Assembly: GCA_963771075.1 (NCBI GenBank)
Contig: CAVYSE010000019.1
Span: 23,649 to 87,648 of the forward strand
Source of the DNA: a candidate division FCPU426 bacterium
Lineage (GTDB): Bacteria; Oederibacteriota; Muellerivitia; Muellerivitales; Muellerivitaceae
Length of the DNA: 64,000 bases
Direction: 5' to 3'
This document shows positions 10,211 to 22,201 of this stretch, piece by piece (position 1 is the stretch's first letter; every line of letters starts with the position of its first letter). The notes below the pieces were generated by a model that was not told the DNA's origin, made no database searches, and saw only the letters and a list, made by a program, of their open reading frames with translations. The position numbers were made by a program, and so were the translations under genes.

Positions 10211-12630
10211 TCATTTCCTCTTCATCGTCATAGCCGGGGGGACCGGAACCATCCATATTTTGGACGAGGATCTTACGGGGTTTGTTTCCATCGGCCGGCC
10301 CCACAATACCCCTCACCTGCATGTCATCCAGCAATCGGGCCGCCCGGCCGTAACCGATCTTCAACCGGCGCTGTAAAAGGGAGGTCGAGGCCTGTTTGGC
10401 CCGCATGACGATCTCCACCGCGCTGTCGTAAAGCTCATCCTCACTATCGCCGGTAACCAGGTCGTTGTTCTTGGCGGGGGTGAGATCGGCCGAAAACTGG
10501 GGGCCGCCCTGCGAGGTCCAGAAATCCACCAACCGCTCGATCTCTTCCATCGTAACGAAGGCCCCCTGAAGCCGCAAGGGTTTGGGCGCGCCGGAGGCCA
10601 GGTAAAGCATGTCGCCGCGCCCCAACAGGGCCTCCGCACCGTTCATGTCGAGGATGGTTCGTGAATCCACCTTTGAGAAAACCTGGAAGGCAATGCGGGA
10701 TGGGAAGTTGGCCTTGATGATTCCCGTGATGACCTCGACCGAGGGCCGCTGCGTGGCCAGGACCAGGTGGATACCCACCGCTCGGGCCATCTGGGCCAGG
10801 CGCGTGATGGAATCTTCCACCTGGTCTTTCGCCGTCATCATTAAATCGGCCAGTTCGTCCACCAGCACCACGATGTAGTACATGGGGTACTTATCCTTCT
10901 CACCCGCTTCCCGTTTGACCGCCATTTTCTGGTTGAAGCTGTCGATGTCGCGTGCGCCCACATGCGCCAGTTGTTGGTAGCGGTCCTCCATTTCTCGCAC
11001 CAGCCATTTGAGGGCCAGGTGGGCTTCCTTGGGGTCGTTCACGACCGGAAGGGCCAGATGAGGCAGGCCCTTGTAGATGGTCAGCTCCACCCTTTTGGGA
11101 TCGACCAAAACCATCCTCAACTCCTCGGGGTTGTACTTGAAGATCAGGCTAGCGATGAAAGTGTTCACGCATACCGATTTACCGGAGCCGGTTGAGCCCG
11201 CGACCAACACGTGGGGCATTTCCTTGATGCTTCCGTAAACCACCTCGCCCGCGATGTCCTTCCCCAGGGCCACGGTGAGTTTTTTCGAGGAGCCGAGGAA
11301 GTTATCGTTCGCGATGAGTTCCTTCAGGGTCACCACCCGGCCCTGGCTATTGGGGACCTCGATACCGACCGCCGCCTTGCCTGGAATCGGCGCCACGATG
11401 CGAAGGTGACCGCACTTCAGGGCAAGCGCCAGGTCGTTTTCAAGGGAGGCGATGCGGGTGATCTTGACGCCCGCGGCGGGCTGGACTTCGTACTGGGTAA
11501 CCGTCGGGCCCGGGTTCACGCCCACCACCTTGGCTTCCACCCCGAAGTTGGCCAGGGTTTCGGTCAGGGTGCGGCTGACGGTCTCAAAATCATCGACGAT
11601 CTTGTCCTTGGATTCTTCAAGGGTCTTCAAAATGTGCACAGTCGGCAATTGCCATTGGCGGATGACGCGCTTGGGCGCTTCGTCCTCCACCGTCTCTTCC
11701 GCCTCCTGTTCTTCTTCGCCCACCTCGATGCTGGCCGCCTCCATTTTCTGCTTCGTGGTCATGGAATTGGAGGATCCCTTCGCCTCGGCGAGTGCGACCG
11801 AAACCATGTCCACATTCTCCTCGGCGGGAGCGCTTTGGACCGGCTTCACTTCCTCATCCGCTTCCCCGGTAAAAAGTGGCCGAACAGGACTCAAGGGACG
11901 CTCCGGGGCCTTTGAAATGGGCTTGGAAACGGGAGGAACGGTCTTTTCAGAAAGAGCCGCCGATCTTTCGGCTTTTCTCAAGCTTTTCATTGGCCTTTTC
12001 GGCGACCTTTTTGGCAGCCCGGCTGTTTTGGAAGTCCTTCAGTCCCTTTGCCATACGTTCTTTTAATTGGGCGAAGGCTTCGAAACCCCTCTCCTCCAAA
12101 TACTTCCCACCCCTGAGGAATCCCTCCCCAACCCTTTTGGCGGCCTTGACCAGGTAATCCTCTTTTTCCAAAAACCAGGCGGATAACACCAGGATCATCA
12201 GGCAAATCACCACCGTGCCGAAACGGGTCAGCGTGGATTCCATCCGGGTCCCCACCTGGAGCCCCAATTGGCCCGACCATTCCACGCCCTCGCGCATCTG
12301 CGAGGGTGAAAACATCTGGACTCCCGGGAAAAAAACATGCAGGCCAGGACGCAGATGGAAGGATCGCCAATAAAAGCCCCAGCAATTTCAGGCCCGGTTT
12401 GTTCAGGGGTTCATCCTTGTAGCGGGAATAGCCGAACCGAAAAAGGATGAGCGGGAAAACCCAGGCGCAAAGACCGAATCCCGCGTAAAGGAAATAGGCC
12501 AGGTAGGAACCGGGAGTGCCCAGCAAATTAGGGTTGGCGGCCGTAGGGATCAGGCGAGAAGAAGGATGAGGATCCCAAGACAGAAGACAATAAAAACCAC
12601 CAGGAAATGGTGGCGGTCATTTTTGGACAT
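10194..12630 (-). CDS. ftsK: DNA translocase FtsK/SpoIIIE (several frameshifts in N-terminal TM region)
   Basis: MPHVLVAGSTGSGKS, VDELADLMM, ATQRPS, gamma domain LLQRRLKIGYGRAARL. Confidence 0.92.
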
Positions 12631-12854
12631 CGGTCCTCGAATGGGGGAAATCCATGCCCCGGAGACCGGGAATGGGCGGGAAATGAAAAGAAAAACCATG
12701 GCGGAAACAAAGTATAGCTGAGGCTCAGGTGCCATTTGAAGCAAATACTTGTCCCCGTTCGGGGTCCGCACATGAAAAACAAACCTGATTGTTGTGAGTG
12801 AGTCATTTTGTGATAAAAAGGTTGGGCTTTAACCCACGTTTTCCAGGCGGAACC

Positions 12855-13776
12855 ATGTTCACCTTCATTTCTTCACGTTGCCTTCAACGTCGTACTGCCC
12901 ATCTTCCTCGTCATGGCCCTCGGTTATACCCTGGCGAAAAAATTCAAGCTGGACTTGAACACCCTATCCAAGCTGAACTTCTATGTGTTCATCCCGGTTT
13001 ACATGTTCTATAGCCTTCTCTGGTTCAAGCCCAACCCTCAGGACATGGAATGGTCGGTGGTCTTCAACATCGTTTTCGTCGGGCTTTCCTTCTTGCTTAT
13101 GGCGGTCATCGCCAAGGTCTTCCGGTTTCATCCCTCGCTGGTTCCCATGTCCATGTTGACTGCGGTCATTTTCAACTCGGCCAATTACGGGATCCCCGTC
13201 GTGGAGCAGGCTTTTCATGACGAGGGAATCCCGATCCAGATCATCACCATCACCATCATGAACGTTTTGACCTATACGGCGGGCGTCCTGGTCACTGGCG
13301 GCCTGGGCGAGTGGCGGGAGGGCTTCAAGACCATCCTGAAACTGCCCATTCTTTACGCCCTTTTGGGGGCGCTCCTCCTTCGGGCCTTGACCATTCCCGT
13401 TCCGGACGCCTTGATGTCCGCGCTTAAGTGGACCTCGGACGGGATGCTTTCCATCGCCCTCCTCACCCTGGGCGCCCAGTTGGCCCAGGGCGGTTTGTCC
13501 ATGAAACACCCAAAAGAACTTTGGCTGACCGTCTTCGTAAGGCTGATCCTGGGGCCGATCCTCGCCCTGTTGATCCTGAAACTCTTCGGGCTCACCGGCC
13601 TCGCGGCCAAGGTTCTCTTCGTTTCCAGCGCCTTCCCCACGGCGGTCATTACCGTGATGTTCGGAATTGAATACAAGCGGTCTCCCCTCTTCGCGGCCGA
13701 CGTGGTCTTTTTGACCACCCTGCTATCCGCCGTGACGGTCACCCTGACCATCGGGTTGGCAAACTATCTCTTCTGA
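12855..13776 (+). CDS. AEC-family transporter (probable 1-nt indel near start)
   Basis: NSANYGIP, ALLTLGAQL, PTAV motif, about 10 TM. Confidence 0.85.
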
Positions 13777-13784
13777 GGCGCGAA

Positions 13785-13949
13785 GTGAAGAAATCGGTCA
13801 ACCCATTCAACCGCAAGGACCAGTCCCTTCTCAAAAACCCCGCCTACAAAAACATGGTCAGCCCTTATGAAAGCAAATATCCGCAAACCAAGGAGGCCCG
13901 GAAAAAACCCATCCCCGGTCTTTACGGCTTCAGGGGTAAGGTCAAATGA
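13785..13949 (+). CDS. Small basic 54-aa ORF
   Basis: GTG start after GAGG; fills the gap; TGA overlaps next ATG. Confidence 0.45.
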   Translation: MKKSVNPFNRKDQSLLKNPAYKNMVSPYESKYPQTKEARKKPIPGLYGFRGKVK

Positions 13950-15692
13950 TCACGCCCCAGCAAAATCCTTTTCGTTCCATTCAAGGTCTTTCCGGTCCCT
14001 GGGCTTTCCAAATGGACCCCAAGGGAGTGGGCATTTCCAAGAAATGGTTCCTGGGGCTTCCCCAAAAACGGCCGATACGGGTACCCGCCAGTTGGAACGT
14101 CCAGTTCGAGGACACGGCCCATTACCTGGGCGACGCCTGGTATCAAACCCGGTTTGATCTTCCCGAAAGGTTCAACGGACAAAAGCAATATATCCGCTTC
14201 GGCTCGGTCAATTACCGGGCGGAGGTTTGGTTTAACGGCAAGCGTCTGGGCCATCACGAAGGGGGGCATCTTCCCTTCGAATTCGAGGTCTCAACCCATT
14301 CCCGCCCCCGAAACAACCTTTTGATCATTCGGGTGAACGGAAGCTTGGCGCCGGACCGGGTGCCTCCAGGAAACGTTTCTTTCGATCCGAGGGACGCCTT
14401 CGCCAACAGCTTCAACCCGCCCGCCTCTTTCGACTTTTTTCCCTACTGCGGCGTTCAAAGACCAGTCCAGATCATTGGCCTGCCAAACCATTTCATTGAG
14501 GATTTGACGGTCATCCCCGAAGTAACGGGCAAAAATGGTAAGGTTCGAGTGGTCGTTCAAACCCAACATTCCCCCCATATCACCTGCCGGGTCGCGCTAA
14601 GGGGTTTTGGTTTGGAGATCCGATTGGGTGGGCCCGTTCCGGGCGAACCTTTTCAAGGGAGAGATGACTGTCCCCAACGCCAAGCTTTGGGCGCCTGGAG
14701 CCCCGAACCTCTATGACCTGCGCGTGGAATTATTAAAGGGTAGGAAAAAAATCGATGAGGTTCGAATTCCCGTTGGGATCCGAACGGTCCAAGTAGATGG
14801 CGGGAAGCTTCTTCTAAATGGAAAGCCCGTTTTCCTCAAGGGATTCGGCCGGCATGAGGATGACCCCAAACATGGGCGTTACCTCCCCCCCGCCACCCTG
14901 AAAAAAGACTATCAAAACATGAAATGGGTCGGTGCCAATTCCTTCCGAACCAGCCATTACCCCTACTCGGAGGAGGACATGGCCCTCGCCGACAAGCTGG
15001 GTTTCCTGGTCATCGACGAAACTCCCGCGGTCGGGCTTTTCTTTCATCCCGCTGGTCTCAAGAAACGCCGAAAAGCTTTGTCAACAATTCACCGGGAACT
15101 CATCCAGAGGGACAAGAACCATCCCAGCGTCATCCTTTGGAGTATCGCCAACGAACCCCATTCTAAAAGACCGGCGGCGGTTCCCTTTTTCAAAAGACTC
15201 GCCCAACAAGCGAGGCGATTGGACCCTTCCCGGCCTATCACCCTCGCGAGTTATTTGGGGGCGGCCGAGGAATCCTTCAAGTTCTTGGACGTGGTTTGCG
15301 TGAATCGGTATATGGGCTGGTATAGCGAACCGGGCGACCTGGATTTGGCCATTCCCCGTTTATCGAAGGACTTGGATGCTATCCACCGGAAATTCAAGAA
15401 ACCGGTTTTAATGACCGAATTCGGGGCCGATGCCATGCCCGGAAGCCATTCCCGCCCGCCCATCATGTTTTCCGAGGAATACCAGGCCGACCTGATCACC
15501 CGCTACTGGGAAGTCATTCGGAAGAAGCCCTTCATGCAAGGCGCTCATATTTGGAATCTGAACGATTTCAAGACCGCCCAGGCCACCCATCGGCCCAATG
15601 GCATGAACTATAAAGGGGTCTTTTCAAGGGAACGAAAACCCAAAAAGGCTGCCCATGCCCTTCGAAAGCTTTGGGCTAAGAATTCGCGTTAA
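13946..15692 (+). CDS. uidA: GH2 beta-glucuronidase (frameshift near 14620-14650)
   Basis: GFGRHED, ANSFRTSHYPY, WSIANEP, TEFGAD, NYKG. Confidence 0.88.
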
Positions 15693-15705
15693 CAGGGAAC
15701 CGCCG

Positions 15706-16068
15706 TTAAAGAGCTTCGTACTTTCGTTTGCCGGTTGAATAAGAAACGACCAGCCTTGCCTCGGTCGCGCCGAGATTCTTGTATCGGTGGGCCTTTCCGG
15801 ACGGGCAAAGCACCGAATCCCCCTCATTCAGGATGAGCCGCTCTTTATCCAGGGTGATCTCCACCTTCCCCTCGACAAGATAGATCAGCTCGTGGCAATT
15901 GGAATGGACATGCAGGGGTGATGTCTTGCCCTTACTGATGGTCATGGCGGCGACGCTGATGCCCACTCCCGGGACCAAACTGTCGTCGACAACCCATTCG
16001 GTTTTTCCCCAATCCTCTTCGGTCAATTTGGGCCGCAAGGGGTTGATGACGTTAAAATGAAGCTTCAT
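15706..16068 (-). CDS. Cupin-domain protein
   Basis: HVHSNCHE ... PSGKAH. Confidence 0.85.
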   Translation of the reverse strand: MKLHFNVINPLRPKLTEEDWGKTEWVVDDSLVPGVGISVAAMTISKGKTSPLHVHSNCHELIYLVEGKVEITLDKERLILNEGDSVLCPSGKAHRYKNLGATEARLVVSYSTGKRKYEAL

Positions 16069-16146
16069 GGGGCTTCCCCTAAAGGAATTCCAGCGGTGAA
16101 TTTTCTGTTAAACTCTACCCCGTTATAACATTTTTTTGGGGCAATT

Positions 16147-16989
16147 ATGAAACAGTGGAAGATCATTTTAATACCTGTGATTTTAGCCTACATCACCATT
16201 CTCGGCGGTTTTTTGCTGGCCCAAAGAAGCCTCATTTTCCTGCCCACCCCCTTGAACGGGGACAACCCCCAGAAGGTTGGGCTTTCTTACCAAAATGTTT
16301 CTTTCCCTTCTTCCGATGGCACCACCCTCACTGGCTGGTGGATCCACCATCGATCGGGACCATCCCCCCGACCTGTTCTTTTATATTGCCACGGGAACGG
16401 CGCTAATCTTTCCCTTTTATCGGAAGTAACGAAGATTTTTTATGAATTCGGTTTCGACGAACTTCTATTCGATTACCGTTCATATGGGGCAAGCCAAAGG
16501 GCCCCCTTAAGCGAGAAAGCCGTGGACCAGGACTCCCTGGCGGCTTACCGCTGGTTACAGGCAAGGGGGGAGCCTGAAAGCCGGATCCTGATTTGGGGCC
16601 ATTCCTTAGGCTCCTCAGTCGCGGCCTGGCTGGCCACCCAAACCCACCCCGCGGGTTTGATCCTGGAGGGGGCTTTTCCATCCACCCTAGCCATCAGCCG
16701 CCAACGCTATCCTTGGCTCTGGGTGCCGCCTTTTTTGATTAAAGACCCCTTCAATACCGGGGATTACGTTCAAAAACGGACCTGCCCGCTTTTGGAATTC
16801 CACGCCGAGAAGGATACGATCATCCCCATTCAATTAGGGCGGAGTGTTTTTGAAAAAGCGGCAGAACCCAAACAATGGGTGGTGATCAAGGGGATCGACC
16901 ACAATGACTTTCCCAGCGTGGCCAATCAATACAAGGACAGGGTCATGAACTTCGCGGATTACTGTCTTCGACAGACTTTGAAACCCTAA
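16147..16989 (+). CDS. Alpha/beta hydrolase with N-terminal anchor
   Basis: HGNGAN, GHSLG, D and H of triad. Confidence 0.88.
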   Translation: MKQWKIILIPVILAYITILGGFLLAQRSLIFLPTPLNGDNPQKVGLSYQNVSFPSSDGTTLTGWWIHHRSGPSPRPVLLYCHGNGANLSLLSEVTKIFYEFGFDELLFDYRSYGASQRAPLSEKAVDQDSLAAYRWLQARGEPESRILIWGHSLGSSVAAWLATQTHPAGLILEGAFPSTLAISRQRYPWLWVPPFLIKDPFNTGDYVQKRTCPLLEFHAEKDTIIPIQLGRSVFEKAAEPKQWVVIKGIDHNDFPSVANQYKDRVMNFADYCLRQTLKP

Positions 16990-17567
16990 CGGGGGACGAA
17001 TGTCCCCTTTTTCATGCGGTCTAGGTCTTCCAACAAATGAAGAATGGGCCGTTCTAAGAATGAATTCAAAATATAATCCCCCGAAGGATTTGAAGTGGGG
17101 GAAACGCAGAAGATACCCGCCGCCTTGGACCCCGCCACACCCTCCGGGCTGACCTCGAAGGAGATGGCCTTGGGGGCTTTGATCCCGAGTGTATCGAGCG
17201 TAATTTGATAAAGCTCGACCCCGGGTTTCAAGGTCTTCACATCCTCCCTGCAACGAATGCTGTCGAAATCGTGAGCAAGATCCAACACCGAAAGTTCTTT
17301 CACAACCTCCGGGGAGGAAAGATTTGAGGTGAGGGCGATGCGGACCTCGTACCGGCGCAGGTTAAGAAAGGTTTCCTTGAGTCCCTCAACAGTGGATCGC
17401 AGTTCGGTGTGGTCGGGCATTTTACGCTCTGCCTGGGCCATTTCCCGTTGAATCCATTCCAGATCAAAAATGAGCGCCTTGGTGATCCAAAAACTCTCGG
17501 GCACATGGGCGTAATAAAGATTGTGGGGATTATTGACGTCGGAGGGGCCGAAATTGATGGGGCTCAT
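16986..17567 (-). CDS. HAD-like protein, degenerate motifs
   Basis: LIFDLE, LTSN, KP, FEVSPEGVAGSKAAG. Confidence 0.7.
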   Translation of the reverse strand: MSPINFGPSDVNNPHNLYYAHVPESFWITKALIFDLEWIQREMAQAERKMPDHTELRSTVEGLKETFLNLRRYEVRIALTSNLSSPEVVKELSVLDLAHDFDSIRCREDVKTLKPGVELYQITLDTLGIKAPKAISFEVSPEGVAGSKAAGIFCVSPTSNPSGDYILNSFLERPILHLLEDLDRMKKGTFVPR

Positions 17568-17572
17568 AGGTT

Positions 17573-19030
17573 CTAGGCGTCCAACTTCTTCTTAAGAACC
17601 TCGTTTACTAATTTGGGGTTGGCCTTTCCCTGGCTGGCCTGCATGACCTTGCCCACCAGGAAGCCAATAACGCCCTGCTTGCCGCCCTTGTAGTCAGCCA
17701 CGACGCTGGGGTTCTCGGCCAGCACCTTATCGACCGCGCCCTCGATGGCCTTGGGGTCGGAAACCTGGGCCATGCCCCGGCTCTTCACCACCTCGGCGGG
17801 CGAGATGCCGGAGTCGAACATTTCTGCGAAAATTTCCTTGGCCTGCTTGCTGTTGATGGTTCCCGCCTCGACCAGGTCCACCAGTTCGCACAGCTTTTTC
17901 TGGTCGAATTTGAGGTCTTTTAGTTCTTTCTCTTGTTCCTTCATCTTGGCGGCCATGTCGCCCATCATCCAGTTGGCCAGGCCCTTCGGGCTCTTGGTGT
18001 GATTGGCCCCTTCCTCGAACCAATGGGCCAGTTCCTGCTCGGCAGTCAAAACGCCCGCGTCATAGGGGGTCAAACCATACTTGGTGGCGAACCGGGCGCG
18101 CTTGGCGCCGGGCAATTCGGGCAGGCTGTCCTTGATCTTCTGGACATAGTCGGCGCTCAAGACGATGGGCACCAGGTCGGGCTCGGGGAAATAGCGGTAA
18201 TCGTGGGCTTCTTCCTTGGAACGCATGGGCTTGGTCTTGTTCTCGGTCACATCCCACAGGCGGGATTCCTGAATCACCCGCTCGCCCTTTTCCAACAAGG
18301 CGATCTGGCGCTTGATCTCATATTCGATGGCCTGTTTGGCGAAACGGAAGCTGTTCATGTTCTTGATCTCGGCCTTGGTGCCGAACTGGGCCTGGCCCTT
18401 GGGCCGCACGGAAACGTTGGCGTCACAGCGGAGCGACCCTTCCTCCATGTTGCAGTCGGACACGTCGATATAGAGAAGGATGTTCTTGAGTTCGGTCAGA
18501 TAGGCATAGGCCTCCTCCGCGCTGCGAAGGTCGGGTTCGGACACGATCTCGACCAGGGGGATGCCGCCCCGGTTGTAATCGGCCAGGGAGTAATCGGATG
18601 AATCGAGCCGACCTGCCTTGCCGCCCGCGTGCACCAGCTTTCCCGCGTCCTCTTCCAGATGGGCCCTGGTAATGCCGATGCGTTTGGTACCCTCTTTCAG
18701 GGTGATCTCAAGGTGGCCGTCATAGTTTAGGGGTTTGTCGTACTGGGATATCTGGTAGGCCTTGGGCAAGTCCGGATAGTAGTAATTCTTCCGGTCCATC
18801 TTGGAATATTTGGAAATGGTGCAGTTCAGGGCATGGCCGATCTTGACCGCGTATTCGACCGCCTTGGCGTTCATGACCGGCAGGGTGCCGGGCAACCCCA
18901 AGCAAAGGGGACAGACCTGGGTATTGGCTTCATTGCCGAAGGTGGTTTTACAGCCGCAAAAAAGTTTGGTGGCCGTCTTAAGCTCACAATGAACCTCTAA
19001 CCCGATGACCGGTTCGTATTCGATGGCCAT
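17573..19030 (-). CDS. gatB: Asp/Glu-tRNA amidotransferase subunit B
   Basis: VIGLEVH, YPDLPKAYQISQ, EEGSLRCDANVS. Confidence 0.97.
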   Translation of the reverse strand: MAIEYEPVIGLEVHCELKTATKLFCGCKTTFGNEANTQVCPLCLGLPGTLPVMNAKAVEYAVKIGHALNCTISKYSKMDRKNYYYPDLPKAYQISQYDKPLNYDGHLEITLKEGTKRIGITRAHLEEDAGKLVHAGGKAGRLDSSDYSLADYNRGGIPLVEIVSEPDLRSAEEAYAYLTELKNILLYIDVSDCNMEEGSLRCDANVSVRPKGQAQFGTKAEIKNMNSFRFAKQAIEYEIKRQIALLEKGERVIQESRLWDVTENKTKPMRSKEEAHDYRYFPEPDLVPIVLSADYVQKIKDSLPELPGAKRARFATKYGLTPYDAGVLTAEQELAHWFEEGANHTKSPKGLANWMMGDMAAKMKEQEKELKDLKFDQKKLCELVDLVEAGTINSKQAKEIFAEMFDSGISPAEVVKSRGMAQVSDPKAIEGAVDKVLAENPSVVADYKGGKQGVIGFLVGKVMQASQGKANPKLVNEVLKKKLDA

Positions 19031-19032
19031 GA

Positions 19033-20499
19033 TCAGGCCTCCCTTAGGGAAGGTTTTTGTTTGTGCCACTCGGTGGCCCGCTCGTAGGCATAGGCCGTGC
19101 GAAGCAGGATCGCCTCGTCGAAGGCCTTGCCGATCAACTGCAACCCGATGGGCAACCCGGTCTTGGATAGGCCGCAGGGCACGGACAAACCGGGCAATCC
19201 GGTGATGTTGATGGAAACGGTGAAGACGTCTTCGAGATACATGGAAAGGGGGTCGCCGGTCTTTTCGCCGAAACGGAAGGCCGGGTTGGGAGCGGTGGGA
19301 GTAGCGATGACATCCACCTTCTCGAAGGCCTTATCGTAATCCTGTTTGATCAAACGGCGGACCTTCAAGGCTTTTAAATAGTAAGCGTCGTAATAGCCGG
19401 ATGAGAGGGCATAGGTTCCCAGCATGATGCGGCGCTTGACTTCGGAACCAAACCCGGCGGCCCGGGTCTTGGAATACATTTCCACGATGTTCTCACCCGG
19501 CACCCGCAAACCATAACGGACCCCGTCGTAACGGGCCAGGTTGGAAGAGGCCTCGGACGGCGCCAGAACATAGTAGGCGGCCAAACCATAAGGGGAGGCG
19601 GGGAGGGAAACCTCAACGACCTCGGCTCCCTGCTTTTCCAGCTCAGCGATGGCTGTTTTGACCGTCTCCGCCACTTCCTTGTTCAAACCCTCGGGGAAAA
19701 ACTCCTTCGGGATGCCGATGCGCAGACCCTTCACGGATTTCTTGGCTTCGGCGACGTAATCGGGAACCGGCAGATCGGCGGAAGTGGAATCCTTGGGGTC
19801 ATGTCCCGCGATGGCGCCCATCATGATCGCGCAATCCTCCACGTCCTTGCCGAATGGCCCCACCTGGTCCAGGGAGGAAGCGAAGGCGATCAGCCCATAA
19901 CGGGAAACCCGGCCATAGGTGGGTTTTAGCCCTACGATGCCGCAGAGGGCGGCGGGCTGGCGGATGGATCCACCCGTATCGGAACCCAGCGAGGCGAAGG
20001 CCTGGTCAGCGGAAACGCTGGCGGCGGACCCGCCCGAGGAGCCTCCCGGCACGCAGGCCAGGTTCCAGGGATTTCTGGTTTTCTTGTAATAGGAAGTCTC
20101 CGTCGATGACCCCATGGCGTACTCATCCATGTTTGTCTTCCCCACCGACACCGCGCCCATGCCATAAAGCTTCTCGACGACCGTGGCGTTGTAAGGGGGG
20201 ACGAAAGTTTCGAGCATCTTAGATGCGCAGGTAGTGCGGACGCCCTTGGTGCAAAGCAGGTCCTTGATGGCCACCGGCACACCGGTGAGGGGAGTGAGGT
20301 CCTTGCCGGAAGCCAGGCGCTGGTCCGCCTCGGCGGCCTGTTTTAAAGCCGCGTCCCGGGTAATGGTGATGAAAGCCTGGACTTTAGGCTCCACCTTTTC
20401 CAGGTGGTCCATGACGGCCTTGGTCAACTCGACCGAGGAAACTTTCTTAGTCCTAAGGTCAGCGGAAACTTCGTGGATGGTTTTCTGATACAGTTCCAT
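19033..20499 (-). CDS. gatA: Asp/Glu-tRNA amidotransferase subunit A
   Basis: [20 protein letters not shown]. Confidence 0.97.
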   Translation of the reverse strand: MELYQKTIHEVSADLRTKKVSSVELTKAVMDHLEKVEPKVQAFITITRDAALKQAAEADQRLASGKDLTPLTGVPVAIKDLLCTKGVRTTCASKMLETFVPPYNATVVEKLYGMGAVSVGKTNMDEYAMGSSTETSYYKKTRNPWNLACVPGGSSGGSAASVSADQAFASLGSDTGGSIRQPAALCGIVGLKPTYGRVSRYGLIAFASSLDQVGPFGKDVEDCAIMMGAIAGHDPKDSTSADLPVPDYVAEAKKSVKGLRIGIPKEFFPEGLNKEVAETVKTAIAELEKQGAEVVEVSLPASPYGLAAYYVLAPSEASSNLARYDGVRYGLRVPGENIVEMYSKTRAAGFGSEVKRRIMLGTYALSSGYYDAYYLKALKVRRLIKQDYDKAFEKVDVIATPTAPNPAFRFGEKTGDPLSMYLEDVFTVSINITGLPGLSVPCGLSKTGLPIGLQLIGKAFDEAILLRTAYAYERATEWHKQKPSLREA

Positions 20500-20507
20500 G
20501 GTGGGCC

Positions 20508-20804
20508 CTACATGATCTTGGGCACTTTGAAATGCCCCGATTGGATTTCCGGCCCGTTGGAAAGTACTTCCTGCTGGGTCAAGGAGGGTCGAACCACGTC
20601 TTCCCGGAACACGTTTTTCACGTCCAGGGGATGGGTGAGGGGTTCCACGTTAGCGGTATCGAGCTTGTTCAACTGTTCGACATACTCGAGGATGTTGGCT
20701 AACTGCAGGGTGTACTTGGCCACTTCCTCATTAGTCACTTCCAGGCGCGCCAACTTGGCCACATATTGCACGTCTTTTTCCGATAGGGGCAAATTAAACT
20801 CCAA
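20508..20804 (-). CDS. gatC: Asp/Glu-tRNA amidotransferase subunit C
   Basis: VAKLARL, FREDVV, FKVPKI. Confidence 0.93.
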   Translation of the reverse strand: MEFNLPLSEKDVQYVAKLARLEVTNEEVAKYTLQLANILEYVEQLNKLDTANVEPLTHPLDVKNVFREDVVRPSLTQQEVLSNGPEIQSGHFKVPKIM

Positions 20805-20907
20805 AAGGAGGGATAAGGCCGTTTATATTGCCAGAAGAAGGGGTAAAGCTCAATCACTTCACCTATTCCAACCTTTTCTTTGATACTCCGCATAAATGGT
20901 AAGCCAC

Positions 20908-21040
20908 ATCCAACACAAAACCACGAGGACGCAAAGAAAGTATAATCCTTTTGAAGGAATTGAACCCTCAAGGGAAAAAACTTTGACCCCTTTCAAAAAA
21001 ACAATTGTTTTTGAGTGGCTGGGTGTCTTCGTGTTGGATT
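20908..21040. repeat. Degenerate inverted-repeat element
   Basis: ATCCAACACAAAACCACGAGGACGCAAAG ... GGTGTCTTCGTGTTGGAT. Confidence 0.55.
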
Positions 21041-21090
21041 TTGGTTTGTCGTTCCTGGGCAGTAAATACCCAGGTCGGATAAAATGAGCT

Positions 21091-22191
21091 ATGTTCCAAA
21101 CCCGAATCTTTAGGTTTTTGCCAATACTAATAGCGGTTATTTTCCTCACAGGTTGCGCCACCTCCCGCCCATCTCTTTACATCATCCCCTCCGATTCCAA
21201 AAAGCGCACTTTTGAACCCCCTCCCGCAACGGTTATTCGTCTGCCTGTTGTCGTTACCCTTCCCCGCCTAAAGGATCTGCCCAAAACTCTCCTTACCTTT
21301 CTCAATGAACAATTCAAACCGATCCAAAAAACGATTCTCAACCCATTCCATAAAATGGAAATGGATATGTCTTTTGGGGAAATTACCAACTTTTGGGATT
21401 TGGCCCAGGAGCCTATTTTCATCGACAAGGGAATCTGGCTCTTGATCCAGCCCCAGTCCCTCAGCAGCGGCCTGGCCCAGTCCCATAACAAGAACCCATT
21501 CAAGTGGAAGATAAACCTGGAAATGACGGCCTATCCCATCCTGGTTTTCGGAAAGGAACCCGGGTTCGTGAAGAAAAACATGCCTCCGATCGAGGTTTAC
21601 AAACCCGGCCCCTCCGGTTTCCACGCCATCAGCAACACCGTGATCAGTTTCGCGGAAGCAGACAACCAATTGGCGGACCTCCGCTTTGGGTTAATCGGCC
21701 GGGTCATCCCGGGAAGCGGCGATTACAAGCTTCGAATCAAGGGTATCCACCTTTACGGTTCGGGAGGGCAAGTCATTGCCGAGGTCAAAATTCAATACAA
21801 CCCCTTGATCAATTTTGGAAGCAAGCCCGCCCACATGACGGTTTATTTCCGGGGAATCCCCCATTACAACCCGGAAAATGAAACCTTCACACTGCGGCAC
21901 CTGGATTTCGATCTGAAAACAGGGGATTTCCTCATGCAAGTCGCCAATTGGATCTTCAAGTCGGATATTTTGAAGATTCTACGGGAAAAGGCCCGCATCC
22001 CCATCGGTCCCAAGCTGAATCAACTCAAAGACCGCATGAACGTAGTGTTGAACCTGCCGGTGGGAAAACACAGCCGACTTCAAACTCAGGTGGAATCATT
22101 TCGGGTTTTGGACGCCTTCGTGGACCGGGACGGCATCCAGGCCCAGATTTCGCTGGATGGCGATGCGCAATTAAATCTATTCAGCCGTTAA
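21091..22191 (+). CDS. Lipoprotein, DUF4403-like
   Basis: Lipobox LTGC; beta-rich; LYGSGGQV, GIPHYN. Confidence 0.6.
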   Translation: MFQTRIFRFLPILIAVIFLTGCATSRPSLYIIPSDSKKRTFEPPPATVIRLPVVVTLPRLKDLPKTLLTFLNEQFKPIQKTILNPFHKMEMDMSFGEITNFWDLAQEPIFIDKGIWLLIQPQSLSSGLAQSHNKNPFKWKINLEMTAYPILVFGKEPGFVKKNMPPIEVYKPGPSGFHAISNTVISFAEADNQLADLRFGLIGRVIPGSGDYKLRIKGIHLYGSGGQVIAEVKIQYNPLINFGSKPAHMTVYFRGIPHYNPENETFTLRHLDFDLKTGDFLMQVANWIFKSDILKILREKARIPIGPKLNQLKDRMNVVLNLPVGKHSRLQTQVESFRVLDAFVDRDGIQAQISLDGDAQLNLFSR

Positions 22192-22201
22192 GCGGAAACC
22201 C

